The notes beneath the pieces were generated by a model. That model did not search any database. It had not been told where the DNA came from and worked only from the letters and a program-made list of their open reading frames with translations. A stretch of DNA of 62,644 nucleotides, the filler included, from Asterionella formosa (lineage: Eukaryota), in assembly GCA_002256025.1 (NCBI GenBank). It is 5 parts of 5 records of this genome, joined end to end, with 100 filler letters (N's around TTAATTAATTAA, not from the genome) between each part and the next. Parts side by side here need not be neighbours in the genome. Positions count along the whole stretch, not along the records: positions 28,586 to 57,038 come from NKIB01001221.1; positions 57,139 to 58,908 come from NKIB01001233.1; positions 59,009 to 60,778 come from NKIB01001234.1; positions 60,879 to 62,644 come from NKIB01001235.1; 1 more part is not named here. One strand, 5' to 3'. Below, piece after piece: positions 51,565 to 62,644 of this stretch (the stretch's first letter is position 1; each line of letters starts with the position of its first letter). The position numbers and the translations under genes were made by a program.

Positions 51565-52318
51565 AGTGAACACAGACAGGAAGCAACAGAGCTTGTATTC
51601 TGAAGCTGTTGAAAATTGCATGAACCATCTCACATTATGGTTGCTTGGTTATCTCAAATGCAAAATTACTTTGTGTGCATTTTGAAGTAGAGGAATGTGT
51701 ACATAAATTGGTTCTAGGAAATTGAAGACTTGATATACATAATGAATGAAAAACTTTCAATCAATGATCAAGGGGTAACCTAAGTTCTTGGTACTACTAT
51801 TTAGTAGACACTGTAGTATCCTTTTCTTTATAGCAATGTACACTGATATTTCACTTTCTACTTTCCTCTTTATCATGAAGTATTCTGTGGGGATGGTCTA
51901 CTCTATTAGTCTATTGGCATGCAACACAACTATTGTATGAATCATCATAGTATGAGTTTGATGATGAGTCATCCAGAAAGTGGATTCCATTCAACATTTT
52001 GACATCATGTCAACATGGCATTGTTAGGAAATGATTTCCTCATTGATTCACAACACGTTTGTTGTAATCATATTGTCGTGAAAGGAAACTTCAGTCGTGC
52101 ATGAAAACATTATTTTTTATTATGATTGTGCATATTATTATTATCGCCCGGATGTATTCCCTACGAATACTGGTATATGTGTTGATTGAGAATATACTGT
52201 GGTAATGATATGCCCGTTGTCTAAACATAAATGATGATAGATTCATGTACCTGTCAGGAACAGGGCGAACTCCGTCAAAATTTTGACAATGAGGACATCA
52301 CACATCTGATGCACAATC

Positions 52319-53560
52319 ATGTCATCACGCTCGAACAAAACAAAAGAGGCTCCAATTCACCCTCGAAGGCGTCTCTATAGGCTTTTTGAGCAAATATCTG
52401 ACAACTACGACCAGCTTTCTAATGTTGAGATCCGGTACGAAGGGTTGGAGGACGACGAGTGCACAAAGCTGGGACTTGCCTTGAGCAACAACGAATTTGT
52501 GGAAATCTTAGATTTGACTTCCAACGAAATTTCAGAATCAGGATCGTCGCAAATTATTCGAGGCTTGCAGCATGATACATCACATTTATCATCATTGAAT
52601 TTGTCGTCCAACTCCATCGGCCTTGAAGGAGCTACGGCGATTGGAAATTTGCTGCGAATTAATACTGCCTTACGAACACTAAATTTACACGAGTGTAACA
52701 TTGGAAACGATGGGTTAGTAGCACTCAGTATTGGACTGGGGTCAAACACTGCCATTGGCAAAATTGTATTGAGCAAAAACCAATTGAATGACGAGGTCGC
52801 TCTAGCTGCCTTGGGACGGGCACTCCAAACATCGCAAGTATCGATTCTTGATCTTAGTTTGAACAAGTTCGGATCGCAGGGGGTACAATCCCTTGATTTG
52901 CACCGAAATTCGTCGATTCGGACCATTCTACTTTGGGGGAATGAAATTTCCATCTCTGGTGGCCTTTTCATGGCAGATGCATTGAGTTCGCCGTACTCAC
53001 AAATATGCAACTTGAACTTGAGAAACAATAGAATCGGTGACTTTGGTGCTGAGAGTATAGCATTTGGATTAGAGCACAATACTTCGTTGCGCAAAATTTG
53101 GCTGTCTTCAAATCTTATTGGTGACGAGGGAGCAATACATTTGGCTAGAGCAATAAGGGGACATTCTCTTCAATCAATTTATTTATCTAATTGTAGCGTT
53201 GGCGACGACGGTGCCAAGGCATTTGCTGAGTTGCTATGTGATCCTGCCACGCAGCTGCAAGTGCTGGACCTATATAGAAATCATATTGGCGACCTCGGAG
53301 GCAATGCCCTGTCCAAGGCCATGCGTCAAAATGTAAGTATTCAAGACCTCAGCATAGCTAGCAATCGGATACACAACTTGATGGCATTGAGGCAGGTTCG
53401 ATTCTTGTGCAAGTGCAACTTGGCAGGCCGATATTTACTGAGAAAAGTTGATTTGCCAACTGGACTTTGGCCTCGGGTGTTGGCAAAAGTCAATTTTAAG
53501 GCTGACGTGCGATTTTTTCTCCTCCGCGAAAAGCCAGATCTATTCATTCGGCACACTTAA
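52319..53560 (+). CDS. RI-like (NLRC3-like) leucine-rich repeat protein
   Basis: Repeated L..L.L..N.IG..GA..IA..L units; C-terminal N.AGRYLL...LWPRVL cap. Confidence 0.88.
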   Translation: MSSRSNKTKEAPIHPRRRLYRLFEQISDNYDQLSNVEIRYEGLEDDECTKLGLALSNNEFVEILDLTSNEISESGSSQIIRGLQHDTSHLSSLNLSSNSIGLEGATAIGNLLRINTALRTLNLHECNIGNDGLVALSIGLGSNTAIGKIVLSKNQLNDEVALAALGRALQTSQVSILDLSLNKFGSQGVQSLDLHRNSSIRTILLWGNEISISGGLFMADALSSPYSQICNLNLRNNRIGDFGAESIAFGLEHNTSLRKIWLSSNLIGDEGAIHLARAIRGHSLQSIYLSNCSVGDDGAKAFAELLCDPATQLQVLDLYRNHIGDLGGNALSKAMRQNVSIQDLSIASNRIHNLMALRQVRFLCKCNLAGRYLLRKVDLPTGLWPRVLAKVNFKADVRFFLLREKPDLFIRHT

Positions 53561-53612
53561 GCTATTTGATAGAATGGACGACTTTAACCAAAAGGGACGT
53601 TAAAAAATTAGA

Positions 53613-55766
53613 TTATCTAGTTCCAATCAAAGTCGTTGCAATTAGAGCATCCCGACCGGCTTCTGCTAGCTGGAGCCTTTTGCTCAAATGGGAAATCTTG
53701 GTATGAGCTTCATCCAAACTTGCTTTCAAAGCATTGTTGGTTTTTTCAAGTTCCATTTGTCGTTGCTCCACTGCTTCTAGAATTTTACTCACTTCCTGTA
53801 GGAGACTATCTTTCTCCTCCAGTTGTCGCTGCAAAAATGAGGAGTCTGCTTTTCTCAGCGATGTAGTGACTTCGTGTTCGTAGAGTTGAGCCCGGAGTTG
53901 CTCGACCTCCGCATCTCGAGTTGGAGAATGGTACTTTTGTCGAATAGTTCCTCTAGGAGAAGCTGCTCCCTTGCTCTTTTGTTGCAACACATTGGATAAA
54001 AGTCCTTGAATTCGATGCATTTCCTTCAAGACCTCGGCGTCACTCAAGTTGGGTACTTGTTGTTGTTCGCCTTCCAGTAGGACCGATTTAAGAAAGTCTT
54101 CTGGATCTGGGGAGAGCAACAAGTCTTCGTCATCGATCCTTCGCTGGTTAATTGTTCTTGTTTTCAAAATCAGTCTTTCCATCTGCTGAATTGCTTCCAC
54201 GAGATCTTGAATATCATCATCACTTGTTTCTACTTGAACTTTAGCTACCTGGTTAGTCCTTGCTTCTTCTAGCTGTTGCTTGAGGTTTTGAATTTCGTCT
54301 CGATAGGTTTGAAGCCTTGTTGGTGAATGAAAGATGAACAAAAGATGAGTGAACGGCACATTTTATTACAAAGCACTCAAGGAAAGTAAACATATTCCAT
54401 CAAAACAACCATCACAAGGCGCACAGGAAAGTTTTAAAAATTCCATCCAAAAACGTACATGGTCTTTTCATCTGAAACTTCCGATACTGTCGCATGTTGC
54501 TGAATCCGTTTCGCTCGAATGGCAAATTTCAATGTATTGTGGGATTCTTGCAAATGCGATACTTGAGGAGAAATACATGAAATCAAGACAATTTGAGCAT
54601 TGCCCGACAGGCTTGGTTGTAACAGCCGTGTCAACTTTGAGTCTCTATAGGGAATATGTGACTTCATGGTATTATCATCGTGTCGTCTTTTCAATTCTGA
54701 TAGCTTAAAGACGACTTGCCCCAACGTAGTTAATGACTTGTTAATATATTGCCCCTCCTTCTGACGGTCGCCAGTGTTTCCGGTCAATCGCACAGATTCA
54801 CTTCCTGCTAGATCTACCAAGGAAAGAGATGATACTCGTACACCACCTTCTGGACTCTTGCTTTCAATCCATAGTCTAAATATTGCATGAGATCGAGAGG
54901 AGTGCTTATTCATATTGGTACTTCCAACTTGTCGCCTCAATTCTCCTTGAGCCACCCAATCATATACATCTTGAGGTGAAGTAACAACTTCTTCTCTCAA
55001 CCCTCGCACCACCACCCCTTCCTTGGGACTTTCAAATATGCGCACCGCGTGTGGTGTTTCGCTCAGTAAATCGATGATTTGTTCATTGTAAATTTCGAGA
55101 TATGATATCCTCAGTAGGTATTCTCTGATTTCGTCCTTCCCGGAAGCGACGAAACGAAAGCAATCTTGGACTGCTAGAGGGAGAATACCAGGAGCTGCCT
55201 TTGAGCCAGTCATAGTGTGAGTCTTTCCAGTCGATGTTTGCCCGTACCTGTGTGATAAAGGAGCAGGGAATAACCGAGTTAGTTTCCTTCCGGCATCAAC
55301 CAAACATTCCCAATGTATATATGTTCCATTTACTGTTACCTCTTCCAATTATGAGTGTTTGACTGTACCCATTACTCACTTACGCAAAGACAGAAGCATG
55401 ATATCCCTCCATAGCCGAAATGACGACAGGCTTCACTGAATTAATGTAAACATCTTTTGATGCCGAGTCCGGTCCATAAATTCTATCCAATGTGTAACAT
55501 TCGGTCCGGCCTTGAATGTGCTCAGTGTGATGTGCGGATTGCTGCACTGTCGCCTCTCCCACCACATCCCAGGCAGTGTGGGGATCCACCTCGGGTTTTC
55601 GGGTGACTGCCTCTCCTGGCGGTGGCAAGCGACTGACAAATCGTCGACCCCGTGGAACGTTTGGTTTTGTGGAAGCGAAGAACGGCGCAGTGGTCGTCGT
55701 CTCCACTAATAGGGGTCTGATGCGGACGCAGACTTCGATATTGGTGTCCTTGATGTCGCTTGCCAT
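53613..55766 (-). CDS. Kinesin motor protein (kinesin-7/CENP-E-like); exons 55766-55384, 55247-54459, 54315-53613
   Basis: VCVRIRP, FAYGQTSTGKTHTM (across intron 55248-55383), SYLEIYNE, SSRSH, LVDLAGSE and HIPYRDSKLTRLLQPSL; coiled-coil tail. Confidence 0.92.
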
Positions 55767-56889
55767 GGCGGCGGGAAGGGTGGAACGGGAAGGATAATCA
55801 AGGAACTTGTGAAGTGAATCAAGGGATGAACATAAAGGGAGTACCGGTATTACAAATGCGGTATGATGATGGTCGTTCCTGTTCCAAACATTCGGACAAA
55901 TATTTATAACAACACGATATCATGCTGGTCAGCTTTATATTACGGTATACCTGTGACGGTAAAATTCGGACTTTCCGGAACTCCCTCGTAATTCTAGCTC
56001 CATCCACATCAACATATTGTGTTTCAAATTAGATGCGACTAAAAGGGCAATTAAGTTTGGTGGTAAAAAAATCTAACTTCTTCTCATTGTTTAAAGCTAT
56101 ATAAATTTCATCTCGTCGCAGCAATCAAGAGAAAGGAAATGAGGGGTCAATCGAAAACGATTTCTTTCAGTTGTCAGCCAATCTTGGCCACTGGATAATT
56201 ACAATGCTGCAAGGATTATCTTTTTGAACTGTATTCATGGACCTGAAGTCTCAGTTTCTCAATCAGTGGCAACCACACTATAAGTTAATGAGTGGTGAAG
56301 TGCAAAGCTAGAAGATGCAATCACATTGGCCAAGTCTGCAAACTTACCTAGTTGGGAACATCTCCTTCAGATTCACATTGCTAATGCCTTTCCTGCATCT
56401 GTTCCTAGTAGTACTGGAACTGCTTTCGAGGTGGGAAACAGTACTAGCATTTCCTGTACTGGCCATTCAGATGAATTAACTTTCATCAATAAAACATTGA
56501 ATGCTGATGTTGCTGTATGCTCTCCTGATGACAGAAACTCATCATCTGAGGAAGAGGAGAATGAAAATACTGGTAGCATTTGTGAATGATTTAATAATTA
56601 TATATTTAATTAGCTCCACACAATTTCATTTCTTTCGATTGCCTGTCTGGTGCAGTAATGAACTAAATTCGCTCTCCTATTTATATAAGCTTACATCTAA
56701 GCCGCGTATTACGTGAAGTGACCATCACATAAATAAGCCTAGTTGATTTTGAATGCATCACATGAATTAGTTGAATACATCAAAATACGTAGTTGAATAT
56801 ATCTATATATTATCTGAATACATCACGTTAAATATTTGATCAAAGTATCATGCATGCATTCCTGATCATCACTATATTATGTGATCACG

Positions 56890-57030
56890 TTCACATAATT
56901 ATTTGAAATACTTCACATAATTATTTGAAATACTTCACATAATTATTTGAAATACTTCACATAATTATTTGAAAATACTTCACATAATTATTTGAAATAC
57001 TTAACATAATTCTGTAATTTCGTTCACATA
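56890..57030. repeat. 22-bp minisatellite (TTCACATAATTATTTGAAATAC) x~5-6
   Basis: Direct tandem copies just before the contig end. The paralog at ~8885 has a single unit. Confidence 0.9.
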
Positions 57031-59008
57031 ATTCTAGANNNNNNNNNNNNNNNNNNNNNNNNNNNNNNNNNNNNNNNNNNNNTTAATTAATTAANNNNNN
57101 NNNNNNNNNNNNNNNNNNNNNNNNNNNNNNNNNNNNNNAGTGTCAATATATTTTCGCCTCTAGTGACCTGATTAGGAACATGTACCACAATCCACTAGAT
57201 GATTGATTCAAGATTACATGGTTAAATATCGCGTGTAAAATGCCACAGTTGAGAGAGGAACTTTCTGGAGAAGTTCTCTCTAACCTGTTAATTGGACTCT
57301 AGAAGACGATCAGACCTAGAAGCCAAATCAATAAATGATTGACTAGACAATTACAGATATGTCCGTAACATCAAGGAACATTAAAGAAGCAAACTAGATA
57401 TGATCTAGTTATGATTAACAGGATCATTCTGTAAGCAGTCTTCGATCAAACAGCATCTGGCCTAAGTTGAGACAGGCCAAGATTAAGACAAATGTGTATT
57501 TAGGAAGAGGATGTAGTTTATTCTCAGTTCAAGTTGGGAACACAAATGAACCTCGCCTCCGAAGATCACCTCTATTTTGAAACATGCATGAGCTTGGAAG
57601 TTTCAAAATCATACATTCAAATTTACATTTACATTAAGCTCACTCTTTTATAAAAACAATTATTAGCAAACAAAGTAAAACAAACAAATTGTGTAGAAAC
57701 ATTTTTCTAGCAAATTTTACTGCGTGAGAGCTACAGATACGTAGCATCTTCCAACTTTTTACACATCAATTTACCGGTATTACCGGTATTTATTTTGATG
57801 ATGTACCGGTATACGGTATATGTAGACCCAACTCGCATCAAACCACCACGAAAGCAACAGGATTTTCATGTCAGCTTGTCATGTAGGATATTCTGAGTAC
57901 CGGTAAGAGTGAACACGGAGTGCCTAGACTTGGCGAACGCTAAGGAGCTTTTCGTAGGACAACCTTGTGGTTGCTTGGTGGTTGTCCCAACATCACAAAG
58001 AGGAAGGTCCGGTAAAACACGTTTTTACTTCGGAAAAGACTAAGCTAAATAGCTCGATACCGGACCTTCCTTAGGTCCCCTACCGGTAGTCCCCAAATGT
58101 AGATTACCGTAGGTACCTGGCACCTGGTACCGTAACTACCGTACCTGGTACCAGGGTATACATAGCAGGACCTGGTCTAGGTTTGTTGAAAGGTCTCGTA
58201 CTCCTTCCCGTCTGACGGGTTCCTCTTACGTAGAACTTACCTGCTATACCACTACCGGTAGTATTGTTATCTTCTTTCTGCTGCTAGCCTTCGTGCTAGT
58301 TTTCGCTATTGACCTTACTCTGTCAATTCTCACTGCTTCTTAATTATAAGATTAAACTAAACCCAAGTTTCAATCCCATTCATCACACTTCGAGAACCTG
58401 TTCTTCGTGTTCCCTTTTCGTTGATGTAAACCTTCTTCTGATTGATCTAAGACATCAATCTCGTTGGCAAGCTTCTTGACATGGGAACGCACCATTTGAC
58501 TCATTGGACTATAGTCGAGTCCACAGTCCTTGTGACTCATTTTAGCCATTGATGCTATATTCTTGACATAGGTTGTGACTGTCAGTCACCATGTACCCTG
58601 GACCAGGTACCTAGTACCAGGTTCTCTACCTGGTGGTACCTGGTACCAGTACCTGGTACCTGTTATCCAGGTTAGCTACCTGGTACCTGGTTCTGTTGAC
58701 AATTGGCTTCCGCTCACTGCCAGCTTGTTCGATCGTGCTCCCATATCATGGCATATCACCTACCGGTACATACCGGTACCTGGTACCTGGTACGCAACTT
58801 CGGACTTGTGCAAACAAGAAACACAAACGCAATTGAACCTAAGTTACCCCATCGGCAAAAAGGGATCAGTCTCCTTGAACTATCAAAAGTTTCAATCTTG
58901 GTCAATGANNNNNNNNNNNNNNNNNNNNNNNNNNNNNNNNNNNNNNNNNNNNTTAATTAATTAANNNNNNNNNNNNNNNNNNNNNNNNNNNNNNNNNNNN
59001 NNNNNNNN

Positions 59009-59407
59009 TTGAATATCCTCCATCAAGCGGAATGAAGCCATTCCGGCATTCCTCTTGCTCTTCTTTTTCATCATAGAATTTTCATTGTCATCATACAGTT
59101 CTAGCACCTGCGCAAACTTGTCGATGTACTTGCTCCGTTGTGAAGGCAATGCTGCAACTTCTCTGCCCAGAAACCCAACAGTGCAAAGTTCCGTGCCATC
59201 CTTGATGAGGACAGCCTTGATCGTCTCCAATGGCTTGCTCAATACATCCTCCACAGCAGCCAGCTTGAACCTGATCACATCATCAGCCTTAACCGCTTTC
59301 CCGCAGCATTCATGTTGCTCACATGAGCGCCCATTGCTGGAAGCATTCAGTCCAAGCAACTCCCCATCTCGGCGGCTGTTGATTGTTGCTGATCTTGTTG
59401 TTGACAT
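59009..59407 (-). CDS. Small HIRAN-like protein inside a TA-type TIR element (3' end cut by gap)
   Basis: LLGLNASSNGRSCEQHECCG...IKAVLIKDGTELCTVGFL; the ATG lies ~205 bp inside the TIR that ends at 59613. Confidence 0.55.
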
Positions 59408-59479
59408 GATTAATATGTAGTATGCATTGGTAGTACCGATATTACTGGTAGTTTATACTGGTAGCGTCATTCAATTTCC

Positions 59480-59613
59480 GCCACAAAAATCAGAATTATT
59501 ACACGTTACTTTGTCTGTGTCTAGAAAATTATTGGGTGTTTGGTGCCACCTCGAAAAAAATGTACAGGGGGGTCCAGCAACCTCAGGGGGGTCCAGGACA
59601 ATGAAGTATACGG
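59480..59613. mobile_element. Terminal region/TIR of the same family as the 14137-14776 MITE
   Basis: Aligns with 14655-14776 and ends GGGGTCCAGGACAATGAAGTATACGG followed by TA. Confidence 0.85.
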
Positions 59614-59627
59614 TACTGGGGATAATT

Positions 59628-60735
59628 GGAGTAGTAAGCAAGCAACAGAACACCACATGTTCAGGACTGTTGCTACTGCAGTAGGACAGTAAATAATCAT
59701 AGTTTCAGGATCAAATGATCATAAAATTGAAAGGGGATGGTCGGAGTAGGAAGCAAGCAACAGAACACCACATGTTCAGGACTGTTGCTACAGCAGCGGG
59801 ACAGTAAATCATCATAGTTTTAGTATCATATGATTGTAAAATTGAAAGCAAGATATCCTATTACTCAAACTCAGCTCTGATTTTGTATATGATAATGTAA
59901 ATAGCACTGTTGGTCTTATGGTATCGTATCTAGACAGCGTAAAATTTATATGTAGTGGCTGATGATTCATTTCATTGTAGTAAGATCACCGAACTTAAGA
60001 CAACAGTTATCTAGGAGTACAATGTCTTCAAAAAACCATAAAGAGGCAGGTTCATGGAAACAAGCGACATGTGGCAAATACTGCCGGTATGGAACAAAGA
60101 GCAAGTGCCAAAATGACGATACCATGGGTACCACGCTAAGCAGGTTTGAGGCAACGGACAGTTCCAACAAGCAACCGACAATACAGATATCAAATTTTTC
60201 CTGCGGCAAACCACAATGATAATGATGAAGGACATTTGTCTCTCGTCTCTTGTCTCTCGTCTCTCGTCTCTCTATTGTTGATGATATGGATACTAGGCGG
60301 GTTTTCCATGAGCAAACAACAATGAAGTGAGCCACTTGTTGCTCCTTTTGATGGTAACAAAGATGCGGACAAGTTCAACAGTGAATACAAGTACAGCATG
60401 CCAAATGCTGAAACAAGCGATATGAAAAAGAAATTGTAATCAGAATCATTCTATAACTAGCTATAGCTATGTGGACAGCAGTCAGTTTCACTTTCGTATC
60501 TCCTTCTATGCTGAATCTCAATTGTAGATGTAGTATCATGTGAGAATTGTAAATGTTAACAAGAACAAGTAGAATGTGTTTGTTTACGGGTTGATTGGCG
60601 AGATTGTAATGCTGGTGGTCGACGAAACAGATAAACGGATTTACAATGTGTGCTGTGTGCGGAACCATTATGAGTTCGAATGATTTCTTCTCAGTGAACT
60701 CTTAATTGAATGATTATGAACAAAGGTTCACTGCA
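59628..60735 (+). mobile_element. Non-autonomous deletion derivative of the Plavaka-like element, copy 3
   Basis: 59770-60115 matches 14053-14136 + 14779-15065, and 60275-60735 matches 21245-21692. It includes a ~115-bp tandem duplication (59628-59850) and a (GTCTCTC)n run at the deletion junction. Confidence 0.8.
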
Positions 60736-62384
60736 TACGGCAACAAACAAATGATGCAAGTTCCTCTGACTGTCTTTGNNNNNNNNNNNNNNNNNNNNNN
60801 NNNNNNNNNNNNNNNNNNNNNNTTAATTAATTAANNNNNNNNNNNNNNNNNNNNNNNNNNNNNNNNNNNNNNNNNNNNTCAACCCGGTTGCATTGACGGT
60901 TGATTTTGTACTCCCTTTTTGGTTGAAAAATCAACTCTGATTAGTCGTAGAAAGGCCGGGATGTGCGTGATGATGCATAAAAATATGCACATGAAGCAAG
61001 ATGGTGGTACCAGGTACCAGGTACCTTTCAGCTTACCGGCAAGTTGCGGTAATTTTGCTAAACGAGCAGTATCCAAACTTTAGTGCTACATACGTCATCG
61101 TGCTGGCAATAGTGATTCCAATTCCAAATTGATTCATGTGTATCTCTTTTGATTTTTCATTTAATAAACCACCTGACCACCTGGTTGTTTGGAATTGTCT
61201 GTAACTTTAATCTGATTTAGCCTACAATATTGAGACCTAGGATCTTTTTACTTATTCTGCCAGTTGGTACCATAGTAGCTAGGATTTGCTTAATGTTTGA
61301 CCATTTTGATTAAAGTATCAATTTCCCTTGATGTGTGATGTCATCATTTCAACCCAAATGCCATCACAGCCGCATACCAACATAACACTGTAGTTAATGA
61401 TGATACAACATACCGGTAAACATAAGGTGAAGTAAGCAATGTATTGCCCATGAAACATGCAATATATCATACACCTTTTGATGGATTCATGTAGCTACAG
61501 GGTACCTGAGGTAGCCCACATAGGCACTAGAATGTAATTATTTAGCTTAGATTATGCTTTTTCTATATTTAATACACTACAGTGTAGTCATTCTGAATGG
61601 CTGGAGAGCGAATATTGCATAATGTTGTCTCAGTCTTGACCATGACAATGAAAATCAGAACGACGCTTTGCTATTTGGTATGTACAATAATGACATCATC
61701 GACAATACAATCAAAACAATTATACTAATTACAATGATATTGACAACGAAAATTGAAGACGCTGATGGCACGTTTTTTCATGTAAATCAGTGATGCACCA
61801 TTTTTAAAAATGACATGTTACAAGGAGCTTTGACACTTTTACAGTAATTACTCAACAAATAAGACTACGACTACGTCGATAACAAGAATAAGTGGAGCAA
61901 CAGATGTTAAATAAGTTTTTTATCTACTGAGAATTGATTGATTACGAATTGGCATGTGAAAGCAAGCTGACAAATGTCAAATATGCTGTCAAAACTACTA
62001 CTAGCTAGTAATACCCTATAGTTAATGTTTGACAGCCCCTTCATGCAGCATACATGTGAGTGCTTAAAGGAGTACAGAACATCATTATGAAATAATGCTA
62101 CACATAGTGATCCACTGTTATTACCAGCATATTGTTAACATAGTACCAGTAGACTAATGCTGGTAAATCTCTTTCCTTCTGTAGTGACACATGCAGTCAT
62201 CTACATATGAATTAAGGACTGTGCATGCTTGTCTACAAAGTTTAAGAAAAATATTGCTTAACGTTGTCTTGATTAAATTAGATTCCATCATTTGCTTAAA
62301 CCTAAATAGTCTTTCAGTACTTTAACCCAAAGTAAAACGATTTGGAAAGTAAAATGGCTGTTGATCCAGTCTAGTACAATAGTA

Positions 62385-62644
62385 GTGGCTAAGACACCAA
62401 AGATGCTAGTTGTTCTTTGACAGGAATGGGAGGTTGGGATTGGAGGGCAAAAGCCAGAAAGGCTATTTACAAGGGTTGAAAGGAGTAGACTGAAATTTAT
62501 TTACTGCTGGTGCTAAATTCTGTGGGAGACAGTTGCAATGCTAGTTTGTGCTGGTGATACTACTCCTGCAAACACAGCAATAGACCGAATTTATGAGCCA
62601 TATGGCCAAGACCAAACAGTGACATACATACTCATGCATCTGAT
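62385..62644 (+). pseudogene. Crypton-like C-terminal (GCR1_C-like) domain remnant
   Basis: Hand translation gives KTPKMLVVL*QEWEVGIGGQKPERLFTRVERSRLKFIYCWC*ILWETV..LV.AG...AIDRIYEPYG...VT.I, with in-frame stops. Confidence 0.55.

Noticed and set aside
52405..53094. 229-aa antisense ORF (and similar shadow ORFs over other CDSs)
   Set aside because: Antisense shadows of real genes with no recognisable motifs.
56890..57030. Possible CRISPR-like repeat array
   Set aside because: The units are head-to-tail with no unique spacers, the context is eukaryotic and there are no cas genes.
58575..58964. ORFs rich in YLVPG/GTWY
   Set aside because: They are translations of the GGTACC palindrome arrays, not proteins.

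Overview
Eukaryotic genomic DNA, most likely from a diatom or a related stramenopile. This is inferred from the short GT-AG introns, the gene families and the TE types. The window is a concatenation of contigs joined by four artificial N..TTAATTAATTAA..N linkers. Host genes: BUD31, a mitochondrial mS45/Bot1-like protein, a 4-exon PARP-zinc-finger/PADR1/PolX-HhH protein with no catalytic domain, a 2-exon LRR-ARM-Pelle/IRAK-kinase-ARM protein, an F-box/MSP/multi-TM protein, two RING proteins, peroxisomal DECR2, a PDZ-RGS-DENN protein, a MAK/ICK kinase, an RI-like LRR protein and a 3-exon kinesin. The intergenic DNA is full of decayed TEs: a Gypsy integrase with a short LTR, a LINE RT, three copies of a Plavaka-like element carrying a Ulp1-like protease, a Harbinger transposase and a Crypton-like fragment. 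It also holds a TA-flanked MITE whose empty site is visible in a paralogous copy and whose family carries a HIRAN-like ORF, plus two copies of a probable tRNA-derived SINE. Non-coding DNA is strongly enriched in TA-CCGG-TA / TA-CCWGG-TA palindromes. One is visible as an insertion polymorphism between repeat copies and resembles a transposon excision footprint. All domain calls are by motif recognition; no database searches were run.
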